A stretch of 60,805 nucleotides of DNA from a virus (IMGVR_UViG_3300025087_000067:1-60805), one strand, 5' to 3'. Numbered from the stretch's first letter, positions 38,335 through 48,253 are shown. The notes: generated by a model from the letters alone, not told the origin. Program-made: numbers and translations.

Positions 38335-38915
38335 TGAATCTTACTGAACGGCAGAAGTGCGCGACGTTGTTTTACAACGAAGTAAAAAACTTGGTTAGCG
38401 AAATCGAGTTTCCGATTGATACTCATGTGGTATGGGAAGAAGCAGATATGAATATGGATGGTTTATGTCGAGGCACCAAGTCCTATCCATGCCGCAAAAA
38501 TCTTCAGTATTTAGCGAAGTGGCTTGTGTGTCTTGCCAAACAATACGGCCTTGCCGACATCGACCCGTTTATCGACAACGCCTTGGCTGAGATGGAACGG
38601 AAGGGGCACGACTACGCTGACGACGACAACGCATATCAGAACTTCGAGGAGACCGCTGAGATGCTTGGGCTCGCGGTCCCGCAAGTCATCATGGTGTCCA
38701 TGCTCAAGCACTGGGCGGCGCTCAACAACTATAGGAACGGCAAGATCATGCAGGGCGATCCGATTGTGACCAAGTTCATGGATGTCTGTAACTATTGCGC
38801 GATCCTTGACGCCTGGCTCCGAGAGCAATCGGCGAAGGAAAAGAGCCTCTCTTTTTTTGACAGGCCAGGATTGTGCGATACCATGGGAGATGGAGATGGA
38901 GAACATGAATATTGA
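38331..38915 (+). CDS. nucleotide-modification-associated domain 1 (DUF1599 / MazG-like) protein
   Basis: 'ERKGHDYA...YQNFE...LKH...FMDVCNYCAIL'. Confidence 0.7.
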   Translation: MMNLTERQKCATLFYNEVKNLVSEIEFPIDTHVVWEEADMNMDGLCRGTKSYPCRKNLQYLAKWLVCLAKQYGLADIDPFIDNALAEMERKGHDYADDDNAYQNFEETAEMLGLAVPQVIMVSMLKHWAALNNYRNGKIMQGDPIVTKFMDVCNYCAILDAWLREQSAKEKSLSFFDRPGLCDTMGDGDGEHEY

Positions 38916-39165
38916 AACGCAGCATAGGATTACCCTAGAACTTCCATTTAAATTCGGAACGTTATTATTTGGCGTAACCAAATTTTTCCACAACCACACC
39001 CCGCACTATCAGACCGTACCGTTACATTTCTGGTCGTATACATTATCAAAACATGGTCTGATGATTCTGGTTGATGAGGATAGATTTACGCATAAGTATC
39101 CGATACAGGATTGCTTTGTAGATCAGGATGAAGCTGATGCGGAGTGCGAGCGCCGAAGCAGATAA
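38905..39165 (+). CDS. hypothetical phage protein
   Basis: 'LPFKFG...CFVDQDEADAECERR', similar ending to 52035..52427. Confidence 0.55.
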   Translation: MNIETQHRITLELPFKFGTLLFGVTKFFHNHTPHYQTVPLHFWSYTLSKHGLMILVDEDRFTHKYPIQDCFVDQDEADAECERRSR

Positions 39166-39182
39166 ACGTGCAGGAGAGAACC

Positions 39183-40376
39183 ATGAGCCTCAACAAAAAA
39201 CGCATCGAGAGCCTGGAGCCGCGTAGTCGCGCTTATATTGCCTGGGATAGTTTGATTCCCGGATTCGGTGTTATCGTCTACCCCAGCGGTCGTAAATCAT
39301 TTTGCATTCAGTTCCGGGACCGCTCCCGTAAATCCAGAAAACACGTTATCGGATCCTGTAGCGTGATGCCGGTAGACGATGCCAGGGCTGAGGCCCGGCG
39401 ATGCCTGGCACTTGCAACGCTGGGCAACACGACGTTCCTGAGGCAGGAGACGGCAACCGGAACCCTACTCTCTGACGTATGGGCGCGGTACGAGCGGGAG
39501 CACGCACAGAGTCTCAAATACAGTACGCGAAAAGAGAACGCTCGTCTCTGGGTTGCCAACATCAGTGACGTGCTTGGTGGTCGGCCCGTGGCAACGATCC
39601 AGAAGCGCGACGTGGCCGATATCCACAACCGTTATTTCGATCACCCGTATCTTGGAAACCGGCTCCTATCGTTGCTGAGTCTCTTGTTTGGCCTCGCAGA
39701 ACGCTGGGGGCTCCGGGACGAGGGGACCAATCCATGTGTAGGGATTCAGAGGTACGGCGAAAAATCCAGAGAGAGAGTTCTGACGGATCGGGAACTGGAA
39801 GCGATCGACCGGGATCTCACATCTGGCCGATACCATCAATCCGTGGTTCTAGCGATCAAACTCCTGTTTGTAACCGGATGTAGGCTCCGGGAGATATTGA
39901 ATATGAAGTGGGAGTACATCGACTGGGATGCCCGGTTGATACGGTTGCCGGATTCCAAGACCGGGGCCAAGACCGTGGATATGAACCCAGCCGTTCAATC
40001 CCTCTTGGCTGATGCCCAGCGATTGGAGGGCAACCCGTATGTGTGTTGGGGATCCGTGCATAGCCAGCCACGAATTCAGATACACCGGCCATGGAAGAAA
40101 CTCTGTGAAGCATGTGAAATCCAAGATGTCCGACTGCACGATATTCGCCATACTTTTGCCAGTACGGCCATCTCTCATGGTGCGAATCTGATTGAGGTCC
40201 GTGATTTACTGGGCCATAGCGACGTTCAGACCACACAGCGCTACGCTCACCTGGAGACCGAGGCCCGGCGAGAGGCGTCCAGGAAAATATCGGGGGTAAT
40301 ACAGAGCGCCATGCAGAGACAGCCAACCGGGACTGAGGGCAAAGTCATCAATCTTAAGATTAACAATCACGATTAA
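39183..40376 (+). CDS. int: tyrosine integrase with N-terminal arm-binding (DUF4102-like) domain
   Basis: 'WDSLIPGFGVIVYPSGRKSF'; catalytic 'TGCRLRE', 'SKTG', 'HDIRHTFAS', 'LLGH', 'TQRYAH'. Confidence 0.95.
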   Translation: MSLNKKRIESLEPRSRAYIAWDSLIPGFGVIVYPSGRKSFCIQFRDRSRKSRKHVIGSCSVMPVDDARAEARRCLALATLGNTTFLRQETATGTLLSDVWARYEREHAQSLKYSTRKENARLWVANISDVLGGRPVATIQKRDVADIHNRYFDHPYLGNRLLSLLSLLFGLAERWGLRDEGTNPCVGIQRYGEKSRERVLTDRELEAIDRDLTSGRYHQSVVLAIKLLFVTGCRLREILNMKWEYIDWDARLIRLPDSKTGAKTVDMNPAVQSLLADAQRLEGNPYVCWGSVHSQPRIQIHRPWKKLCEACEIQDVRLHDIRHTFASTAISHGANLIEVRDLLGHSDVQTTQRYAHLETEARREASRKISGVIQSAMQRQPTGTEGKVINLKINNHD

Positions 40377-40479
40377 GTTTGCAAACGTAAGTTATTATAT
40401 CGGGCAAACTTAGGATAAGTATACCTATAACCACAAATCAGGACTTTAATTTAATTTTAAGATTTTTTTAAGAAAGGTA

Positions 40480-40507
40480 TTGACAGACTCTCGAATCGGA
40501 GTATGAT
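40480..40507 (+). promoter_or_regulatory. early promoter
   Basis: AT-rich UP region then TTGACA-N16-TATGAT; ACTC-N8-GAGT dyad overlapping the spacer. Confidence 0.6.
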
Positions 40508-40527
40508 TTAGGCAATGAGGCAATGTG

Positions 40528-40785
40528 ATGCAGAAGAAAAAAACAATCTCCTTGTTAGGTGCATGGCTTGAAGACAAACGGAAAGCCATGGTGGTGGGAC
40601 GGGTCGTGTTCTGTATGTGGCTCGGCGTTTCCTACCCCACATATAGCAAGATTCTAAAACCAAAATCCGAGATCAGTCCCAGCACGGTTCGTAAAGTATT
40701 TGCCAGGTTCGGCATGGAGCCGGAAACTGGGATGCTGGCGGTTAAGAAAACGCGGCCACGAAAGCGGAAATCCAATGGTCGATAG
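40528..40785 (+). CDS. Cro/XRE-like HTH protein
   Basis: 'FCMWLGVSYPTYSKIL...ISPSTVRKV'; first gene after the promoter. Confidence 0.6.
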   Translation: MQKKKTISLLGAWLEDKRKAMVVGRVVFCMWLGVSYPTYSKILKPKSEISPSTVRKVFARFGMEPETGMLAVKKTRPRKRKSNGR

Positions 40786-40969
40786 TCACTCATCCGTGCT
40801 CATTTTTTTTGCCGGGTTTGCGCTCGGCCAACTCGTTAGTACGATCTCAATCGGCGCGCTGCTCCAGCGCGATGCCGAACATCTCACATCCAGCGGGGGG
40901 ACCGAACCACATTCCCCTCCCGAGCCCGACCCCAGTCGGTCCCCCCGCAACGTGGAGCCTTCGCCATGA
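40775..40969 (+). CDS. small TM hypothetical protein
   Basis: hydrophobic N-terminus; coupled ORF. Confidence 0.4.
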   Translation: MVDSHSSVLIFFAGFALGQLVSTISIGALLQRDAEHLTSSGGTEPHSPPEPDPSRSPRNVEPSP

Positions 40970-41286
40970 ATAAAAAACAGAATTCAACGAGCGGTTCCAT
41001 CGCTCGATCATACCCGAGGCCGGGGGGCGCTCCCCTTTCAGATTCCACACATCGCGCTCGTCCCCCGGTCTCACTCCTCCCTATTGACGAGCACCTGGGT
41101 GCGGCCCAGGAGGCGGCGGACATTGGCGATATTGTTGAGACGCTCGCGAATATCCTCAACGCGTTGGATTGCGAAACTGAGCGGGCGATGCGCGAATGGG
41201 AATCAGGTAATCAAATCGAGGCACTGCGCAACGTGGCACAGACGTGCCGGACATGCGAGAAAATCATACAGGAGGCATGCGGATGA
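40966..41286 (+). CDS. hypothetical protein
   Basis: ATGA-coupled ORF. Confidence 0.5.
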   Translation: MNKKQNSTSGSIARSYPRPGGAPLSDSTHRARPPVSLLPIDEHLGAAQEAADIGDIVETLANILNALDCETERAMREWESGNQIEALRNVAQTCRTCEKIIQEACG

Positions 41287-41543
41287 ATACTGCGCATGAA
41301 AATTTAATAGCGCTCTGCCGGGAGCGTGGCGTTGAGATCGCGGACGATAACACGTTTCTCGTGCCGTCGTCCGATGGCACGAGAAAATACACGGTACGCG
41401 AAAAACCAAACCCGGATGCGATGGATACGGACATTCATTTATGGGATTGTAACTGCATGGCCGGGCAGCACGGGCGAATGTGCAAGCACGTTCGTCTCGT
41501 TTCGGAGATCGTTGAAATCTACGACGAAACGGCAGGGTTCTAA
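41283..41543 (+). CDS. SWIM zinc-finger protein
   Basis: 'VPSSDGTRKYTV...WDCNCMAGQHGRMCKH'. Confidence 0.8.
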   Translation: MNTAHENLIALCRERGVEIADDNTFLVPSSDGTRKYTVREKPNPDAMDTDIHLWDCNCMAGQHGRMCKHVRLVSEIVEIYDETAGF

Positions 41544-41544
41544 A

Positions 41545-41709
41545 ATGATTGTCTGGCTACTCGTCGCCGTGGCCGCCATTGAGGCCATCGTAATAAGACA
41601 TCTATTACGGGAGCTCCACGAGAGTTGGAGCAATCAAAATATATTATTGAAACGTATTCGTGCGTTTCAATCCACGGTCGATGAGTTGACAAAAAAAGAT
41701 GGCCCGTAG
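41545..41709 (+). CDS. small TM / coiled-coil protein
   Basis: MIVWLLVAVAAIEAIVIRH... Confidence 0.5.
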   Translation: MIVWLLVAVAAIEAIVIRHLLRELHESWSNQNILLKRIRAFQSTVDELTKKDGP

Positions 41710-41801
41710 AACCGGGCCAATAAGCTGAGGCTTATAACATCATCACTACGAGCATCCTGGCACAGATCAGGATTCCCGTCAACGGCGGGACAGGAGAGAT
41801 C

Positions 41802-42833
41802 ATGACTGCAACCAAACCAACCAAACCAACTGAAAAACCAGCGGAAACAAAACAGGAAACGAAACCCCTCACGAGCGCAACCGCACCCGTGAGCGTCCGG
41901 CCCGGCACGGAAATCGTGGAGATGCCGAACTCGAATCTCCAAATCAAACTCGGGCCGGATCACTCATTGATCCTCAGGCACAGCGCGGACGGTACGGTAA
42001 AAAAGGCCGCTTACGCCACCGTGCGGCTGAATCAATCGACCGGCGACATCGCGCAGATCGGCTACGGAGATAAAGCTTCGTGCATGATTTGTGAGAGCGG
42101 ATTTATAAAATTGAATTCCGTTCTCGGTCTCGATTGCAAACCAGCATCAACCGCAGACGCAGGATTCAACCCGAATCCCTATTTAGTGAAGGACGCGGCG
42201 GGCAACGTCTCGGGCGCGTACGTGTGTTACGAGGTTACGGGGCCGGACATGAAGGGGAGTATTGCAACGGTACGCCAGACGTTTTTTTTCAACGTCCGAC
42301 AGTATCTCGTCGAGTCTCTCGTTGGGGCCGCGTTCGATAAGACAAAAAAAGACGGGAGTATATATCAAAAAGCAACGGAAGGCTTTTCCTTCATGTCGCT
42401 ATCTGACTATCTCGCCAACCCCATCCCCGATACACAATACATCCCCATCGATGAGCGTGAGGTACTCGTAATCGAGCGCGGTACTCCCGCTCACAAAATA
42501 TACCTGCAGACCTCGATCAAGCTCTGCAAGGAGGCGGATCGCCGTGCTTCCACAATCTGTCGCCGTCTCGCGTTCTCACGGCATCCCGCGATTGCGCGGA
42601 CGAAACCGGAGAGCGTAATTAATGGGGTCGCGGAAATCAATTTGATCGTCTGGATGGTCGATGATTCGGCGGCGAATAATTCTCCAAAAATCGAACAGGA
42701 ATACACGGACGACGCCGGGACGCTCGGAGATGATGCGTTCGACGAATCGACGATCCCATCGCCAGATACAGTTGATCCCGCAACCGGAGAATTCCTGGGC
42801 GATTCATTATTCGGCGGGGAGGAAACGCTATGA
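41802..42833 (+). CDS. putative recombination / ssDNA-annealing-type protein
   Basis: AGGAG SD; 'ADRRASTICRRLAF'; acidic tail with 'VDPATGE'; precedes Rad50-like and UvrD genes. Confidence 0.5.
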   Translation: MTATKPTKPTEKPAETKQETKPLTSATAPVSVRPGTEIVEMPNSNLQIKLGPDHSLILRHSADGTVKKAAYATVRLNQSTGDIAQIGYGDKASCMICESGFIKLNSVLGLDCKPASTADAGFNPNPYLVKDAAGNVSGAYVCYEVTGPDMKGSIATVRQTFFFNVRQYLVESLVGAAFDKTKKDGSIYQKATEGFSFMSLSDYLANPIPDTQYIPIDEREVLVIERGTPAHKIYLQTSIKLCKEADRRASTICRRLAFSRHPAIARTKPESVINGVAEINLIVWMVDDSAANNSPKIEQEYTDDAGTLGDDAFDESTIPSPDTVDPATGEFLGDSLFGGEETL

Positions 42834-43588
42834 GTAATTTTAATCGAGTGAAAAAATATTTCTCAAATGCCATCGAATCTGAGTGGATATCTAAAGATGG
42901 AACCTGGCGTCACAAATCGGTATCAATCCCGCAATCCGCGACGCTGGGCGACGAGGTCGTGCTGGGCAACGAGGTCCGGCTGGGCGCCTGGGTCACGCTG
43001 GGCGACAGGGTCGTGCTGGGCGACAGGGTCGTGCTGGGCGACAGGGTCGTGCTGGGCAACGAGGTCGTGCTGGGCGACAGGGTCCGGCTGGACGACAGGG
43101 TCGTGCTGGGCAACGGGGTCGTGCTGGGCGACGGGGTCCGGCTGGGCGTCGGGGTCACGCTGGGCGTCGGGGTCACGCTGGGCGACAGGGTCACGCTGGG
43201 CGACAGGGTCACGCTGGGCGTCGGGGTCACGCTGGGCGACAGGGTCACGCTGGGCGACAGGGTCACGCTGGGCGACAGGGTCACGCTGGGCGACAGGGTC
43301 CGGCTGGACGACAGGGTCGTGCTGGGCGACGAGGTCACGCTGGATCGGCCACCATTCAGCATGATCCAGCTGAGGTACTCCTGTTATTTTTTTGCGCCCG
43401 GCATGATCGGCGTGGGGTGCGATATCCACCCAGCTACGTGGTGGGAGGACGAGACACAATGGCGACGCTGGGCCGACGAACACAATTACACAACAGAGGA
43501 TCGCGCTGATCTGATCGAGGCAATTGGGTTCTGCATCTCCTGGATGTTGCGGCGTGGATTATATAAAATTGCGGAGAAAAAATCATGA
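42830..43588 (+). CDS. hexapeptide-repeat (left-handed beta-helix) protein
   Basis: ~22 copies of LGD[R/E/G]V[V/T/R]; C-terminal 'IGVGCDIHPATWW'. Confidence 0.85.
   Translation: MSNFNRVKKYFSNAIESEWISKDGTWRHKSVSIPQSATLGDEVVLGNEVRLGAWVTLGDRVVLGDRVVLGDRVVLGNEVVLGDRVRLDDRVVLGNGVVLGDGVRLGVGVTLGVGVTLGDRVTLGDRVTLGVGVTLGDRVTLGDRVTLGDRVTLGDRVRLDDRVVLGDEVTLDRPPFSMIQLRYSCYFFAPGMIGVGCDIHPATWWEDETQWRRWADEHNYTTEDRADLIEAIGFCISWMLRRGLYKIAEKKS
42941..43345 (+). repeat. 18-bp tandem repeat (~22 units)
   Basis: GCTGGGCGACAGGGTC(GT/AC/CG) units. Confidence 0.95.
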
Positions 43589-45753
43589 TAATTAATAAAA
43601 TCACGCATGATGGCCTAGGTGCCCACGACGCCGCCTATCCCTGCTCGGGAATCACAATCTGGAACGGCCCCTACGGCGCGGGGAAAACTATCGCGCAAGA
43701 CGCCGTCCGGCTCGCCATGGCCGGTTCGACGCGCGACATAAAAACAATCGGGCGATTGCGCGAAACGATCTGGCGTGCGACGAGTCCACGGGTCATGGCC
43801 TGCGTCGAGATCGACGATGTTGAAATCCAACGAGAATACGCGGACTCGCAGAGTATCGCAATCAATCCCCCTGTACCCGGACTCGGGAAAAATTTGAAAC
43901 TCAATCAATTCTGGATCGACACAAATCTGGGCGGGCCGCCAGTGACGGCGGACCTCCAGGAGATCGATGATCTTTCACCCGAAAAATTCAACGCCTGGAT
44001 TTTGCAAAAAATCGGTGCTGAGGAAATCGACATAGCGGACGCAATCCGAACCCGGATCGACGACGAGACCGCAGACGGTGCGGTAATTGATTGCATCGAG
44101 AAATTACTAGAGAGCAATCGGCAGGGCAATCTCAGCGCCAGTGATTACATCCAAATCCTGGAGGAAAAATCCCGCGAACAGAAAAACGCAACGGTCGCAC
44201 TCCTCCACGATGCTGAGGCCAGCCGCCGCGATAGCTCGCGACTCGCAACCTCAATCCCCGCCATCGCCCAATCGATTGCGGATATGCAACAGCAATATGA
44301 TGCCGCGAAAACTGAGCACGAAGCAACGGTGAAAAATCTTGGCGAACAGGAGGAGCGGAACGCGCGCGTTCTCGCGATTCAAAAACGGATCGCGGACGCT
44401 GAGGCCGAATTGAAATCCCATGCGGAAATCCCAGGCGATTGCAATGTGGAATCGAAACGCGCGGACGCCGAGCGCGTGCAAGCCGCCGTAAAAATCGCGC
44501 GCGATGCCGCGGTAAACGTGGAGCGGGGAATCCAGGATGAGGCCGAGTCGCAAAAAGAGATTGATGATTATCGGGGTGGTATCGACGTATGGCTCGCGCA
44601 TTCTCTGGAGCGCGGGGAGGCGATGCTGGATGAGGCCACGGCCGATCTCGGCGATGCTAACGACCACGCGCTCGAACTCGCAAAACGGGAGGAGATGAAT
44701 CAATGCCCGAAATGTGGGCACAAATTTAAATCAAAAACCGCACAGCAGGAATTTGAGGCCGCGAAACGTAAATGCGAATCGCTCAAAAAACGGCACGCTG
44801 AATGTCTGGCCGCGGTCGAACAGGAACGGCAGGTTCCCGGCGATAGTTTTTTGACCGACAAAGAATTGCTCACGCTGACAAAAATCCGCGAACAGTTGGC
44901 CGCGGCAGAGATGGCTCTCGGAAACATCCGAGACAAGCTCGTGCTCGCACAGCAGAAAGCTGATGCGGCCGCTAAAGCCGTGGTCGATCTCTTGATCGAA
45001 ATTATGGGCGATGAATACAATGCGGCTCCCAACGTTATCGAATATGCAGAGGAGCAGGCAGAGCTCTGGCTATCGACGCTCTCCGCCATTCAATCGCGGG
45101 ACCAGGCGCGAAAAAATAAAGCAGATGCCGAGGCCGAGTTGGCCGGATTAGCGACAGTGAACCTCGATGATTTACGCGAACTCGAATCCATTCAAAAACA
45201 ATCCGGGCGCGTGCTCGAAAAACAGATCGCGGAAAAACAACGCGAACTCGCGAGCGCTCAAAAAATGTTCGGCGATGAGGATCGCATCGCGGCGTTGGAA
45301 TCGCAGGTAGAAACCGAGAAAATAGTTGTCGATATCGCGCAGGCCGTCCGCGCCGATGTTGCGGGAAATGCGCTGCAATCCATGATCGATACGATCAATC
45401 GCATATTAGATTCCGTGAATGTTGGATCGATTGCGATTCTCGACGGCGCATTCACGCTCACGACCCAGGCCGGTACGCGCCAGTGGGCGGCGCTCTCCTC
45501 GGGCGAGCGTGCATTTGTCGGCGTTGCCATCGCCGCCGCGTTCGCCGAAAAACGCGGAGCAAAAAAACTACAATGCATTTCAGTCGATAACGCCGAATGC
45601 GTTGGCCAGGAGCGGCTCTCGGACCTGCTCCAGATGGCGTCGTGCATCTGGAGCACGCTCCACGTCCAGTGTCTGATCGCCGGGCATTTCGATGCCGATC
45701 AACTCGATACCGATCTGCCGGACTGCACAGTGCACGATCTCCTCAGGAAATAA
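43585..45753 (+). CDS. Rad50/SbcC-like SMC-family ATPase
   Basis: Walker A 'GPYGAGKT', coiled coils with Zn-hook 'CPKCG', signature 'LSSGE', Walker B 'ISVD', terminal His. Confidence 0.85.
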   Translation: MIINKITHDGLGAHDAAYPCSGITIWNGPYGAGKTIAQDAVRLAMAGSTRDIKTIGRLRETIWRATSPRVMACVEIDDVEIQREYADSQSIAINPPVPGLGKNLKLNQFWIDTNLGGPPVTADLQEIDDLSPEKFNAWILQKIGAEEIDIADAIRTRIDDETADGAVIDCIEKLLESNRQGNLSASDYIQILEEKSREQKNATVALLHDAEASRRDSSRLATSIPAIAQSIADMQQQYDAAKTEHEATVKNLGEQEERNARVLAIQKRIADAEAELKSHAEIPGDCNVESKRADAERVQAAVKIARDAAVNVERGIQDEAESQKEIDDYRGGIDVWLAHSLERGEAMLDEATADLGDANDHALELAKREEMNQCPKCGHKFKSKTAQQEFEAAKRKCESLKKRHAECLAAVEQERQVPGDSFLTDKELLTLTKIREQLAAAEMALGNIRDKLVLAQQKADAAAKAVVDLLIEIMGDEYNAAPNVIEYAEEQAELWLSTLSAIQSRDQARKNKADAEAELAGLATVNLDDLRELESIQKQSGRVLEKQIAEKQRELASAQKMFGDEDRIAALESQVETEKIVVDIAQAVRADVAGNALQSMIDTINRILDSVNVGSIAILDGAFTLTTQAGTRQWAALSSGERAFVGVAIAAAFAEKRGAKKLQCISVDNAECVGQERLSDLLQMASCIWSTLHVQCLIAGHFDADQLDTDLPDCTVHDLLRK

Positions 45754-45755
45754 AA

Positions 45756-47399
45756 ATGGAAATTCAAATGAATAATTTCACCCCCACACCCGAACAGAGG
45801 AGGATTCTCGATGCAATCCGAACAGACAAAACCGTGGTGGTGCAGGCCGATCCCGGATCGGGAAAAACCACAACGCTACTCGCGGCCATCGAACAGGCTA
45901 TTACGGCGGGCACGCCTCCGTCGAGGATCCAGGCGCTCTCGTTCTCGGTTCGGCAATCGCAGGACATGGCAGAGAAACTTGCTGCTCGCGTCCTCGGTAT
46001 CGCTTGCGGCACTTGCCACAGCCTGGCTTATCGGCTGGTGAGCAACAATGCAGAGCGATTGGAAATCCGGCAACCGGTGCGCGTGCATAGCAGCCCGTGG
46101 GATCGCCGGGACCACGATCATCCCCTCTGGACGTTTTGGGTGCGCGCTCTCGAAATTTTTCCCGGCGCTCGTCGCCGTGGTGAAGCCGAAAAACATTTCC
46201 GAGATACGTGCAAGGGGCTGGGCGTGGTGACCTACGATGATCTCATTCAGTTTGCGCTCCTGATTCTGGATCGCGAATGGGATTCCGTCGATGTCGATTT
46301 ATTGTGCGTCGATGAAGCCCAGGATTTTCGGGAACCGGAAATTGAATTGATCGAACGGATCAAATACCGGAACCGTTTAATTCTCGGGGACCGGAACCAG
46401 ACAATCTACTCATGGCGCGGTGCCTCTGATCGCCTGTTCGATCTCCCCGGTACGCACTTGACGCTCTCTGATAATTTCCGGTCGATCAGAGAAATCGTGG
46501 AGATCGCGAACCGATTTATGGGCACGGCCATGCACGCGCAGAATGCCCGGAGATGCCCAGGCTCCTCAGATGGTTGGTCGCATGTCGATGGAGAGAGGGA
46601 TATCGCGCTTGAAACCGAGTGGATATCTCACTATATCTCCGAGGATATAGCGCACAAAAAAACCGTTGCCGTCCTCACTCGCACAAATTATTACGCCGAT
46701 AAAATCCGCGATGGATTGAGGGCGCTCGCCATTGAATGCACGGGCGATGAAATCAGGATGTTCGATGAGCCGTGGTTTCAGCGGTTCCTGGCGGCGTTGC
46801 GACTCTATGAGAATTCGACATCGAACGTCGATTGCGAGTACGTGTATCACCTCACGCCGAATGAAATTAAATGCGCGGTTGAAAACTCCGTTTATTATTA
46901 CGATTCTATCATTGAATTCAGGAATCTCGATCCGCTCTATATCGCCCACGCGCTCGAAGCCTACGAGGCCATCCGATACATGCTCATACAGGCCGTGGGG
47001 GAAAAATTAGCGGCAGAAAAATGGTCGAACGTAAAATACTTATGGAAAACATCTCCGTGTGGGACTGTCGCGGATTTTATCTCGTACATCGAGGACTTGG
47101 CGCGAACTCCCGCGGCGTTGCCGACCGACAAAGTTTTCGTTGGTCCAGTCCACGCGGCCAAGGGGCTTGAGTGGGATGCCGTGATTGTGGCCGGGTGCCA
47201 CGCCGGACATTTCCCGATTCAGAAACGGGGCACGAACCAACTGGAAGAGCGGCGTATTTTTTATGTTGCGATGACGCGCCCGCGATACGATCTCTGCTTC
47301 ACGTGGGCGCGTGAGCAGGATGGCTGGAGCGGGAAATCTCACGAGGTCCAGGCCTCGCCGTATTTCATAGAGATCGAGAGTGTGGAGGTAGGAGCATGA
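45756..47399 (+). CDS. UvrD/Rep SF1 helicase
   Basis: 'ADPGSGKTT', 'VDEAQD', 'GDRNQTIYSWRGA', 'NFRS', 'HAAKGLEW', 'EERRIFYVAMTR'. Confidence 0.93.
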   Translation: MEIQMNNFTPTPEQRRILDAIRTDKTVVVQADPGSGKTTTLLAAIEQAITAGTPPSRIQALSFSVRQSQDMAEKLAARVLGIACGTCHSLAYRLVSNNAERLEIRQPVRVHSSPWDRRDHDHPLWTFWVRALEIFPGARRRGEAEKHFRDTCKGLGVVTYDDLIQFALLILDREWDSVDVDLLCVDEAQDFREPEIELIERIKYRNRLILGDRNQTIYSWRGASDRLFDLPGTHLTLSDNFRSIREIVEIANRFMGTAMHAQNARRCPGSSDGWSHVDGERDIALETEWISHYISEDIAHKKTVAVLTRTNYYADKIRDGLRALAIECTGDEIRMFDEPWFQRFLAALRLYENSTSNVDCEYVYHLTPNEIKCAVENSVYYYDSIIEFRNLDPLYIAHALEAYEAIRYMLIQAVGEKLAAEKWSNVKYLWKTSPCGTVADFISYIEDLARTPAALPTDKVFVGPVHAAKGLEWDAVIVAGCHAGHFPIQKRGTNQLEERRIFYVAMTRPRYDLCFTWAREQDGWSGKSHEVQASPYFIEIESVEVGA

Positions 47400-47689
47400 A
47401 CGCTCAGGAAATGGGGTACCGGTTGATCTGCTTGGAAAAGCAGCTGCGTGAGAAGGATGAACAAATCGAGAAACTGCGCGACGAGATGAAACTAAACGAA
47501 CTGGAAATTGAACGGATCGGATCCGAAATCAGCGCACTCGAAAGCAAATTGGGAAATTGTGGGATCGATCAATTGGATATTGAAAACGGAATTCAGGAAC
47601 TCGAAAAAGAGATCGAGGATATGCGCGATGAAATAAGGGAGTTGGATCGACAGATAGCAGAGATGGGGCAGTGGCATGAAAATCAGTGA
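47396..47689 (+). CDS. coiled-coil protein
   Basis: heptad-rich, ATGA-coupled. Confidence 0.65.
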   Translation: MNAQEMGYRLICLEKQLREKDEQIEKLRDEMKLNELEIERIGSEISALESKLGNCGIDQLDIENGIQELEKEIEDMRDEIRELDRQIAEMGQWHENQ

Positions 47690-48047
47690 ACGAAATCTAG
47701 AGATTGTGACATCGGAATCGACGGTATGGTTTTCTAAAAAAATATTTACAATCTACACAGTGGGCAATATTGATACCGGGGAACCTGTTTATTCAAGCGA
47801 TGATGATTTGAACCCAAAATCAATTTGCCTCGCCCCGCGAATGCTCCGCCGCCTGAAAGCCCTGCACGCGGCGCTCCAGAAACTCCCGCATACAGCTTTC
47901 GACCCCGATGACGATGACCTGCCAGAGGGGTTTGATATGACCGATACAGAGCAATCAGACGAGTATTGGAGCCAGCAGCCACACGGGCCTGTCAACTGGG
48001 AGATCAGGGAGATCGAGGCAATACTGAGAGAGGCTGGAGAACAATGA
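47676..48047 (+). CDS. hypothetical protein
   Basis: coupled ORF. Confidence 0.6.
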   Translation: MKISERNLEIVTSESTVWFSKKIFTIYTVGNIDTGEPVYSSDDDLNPKSICLAPRMLRRLKALHAALQKLPHTAFDPDDDDLPEGFDMTDTEQSDEYWSQQPHGPVNWEIREIEAILREAGEQ

Positions 48048-48253
48048 ACATTCATGAAGCGCGATTGAAATCGCCAGTAAAAAAAATTCGCCGGGGATTT
48101 GTGGTTATTGATTTCAACCTCGACCCCACGGTAATGATCCACCTGCCCATGGGCGAGATCGTGGCCGACGACTGGGAGCCTGTTTTCCCCGAGAGCGAGA
48201 CTGCCGCGCTTAGTAGCGAGGATATCGAGCGCCGGATCAACACGCGCAACTAA
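48044..48253 (+). CDS. hypothetical protein
   Basis: MNIHEA...'IVADDWE' phage motif. Confidence 0.6.
   Translation: MNIHEARLKSPVKKIRRGFVVIDFNLDPTVMIHLPMGEIVADDWEPVFPESETAALSSEDIERRINTRN

Noticed and set aside
42941-43345. CRISPR array
   Set aside because: Contiguous in-frame repeats with no unique spacers; no cas genes
43585-47399. Gabija defence system
   Set aside because: ATPase is a Zn-hook Rad50 type with no TOPRIM domain and lies in the recombination operon
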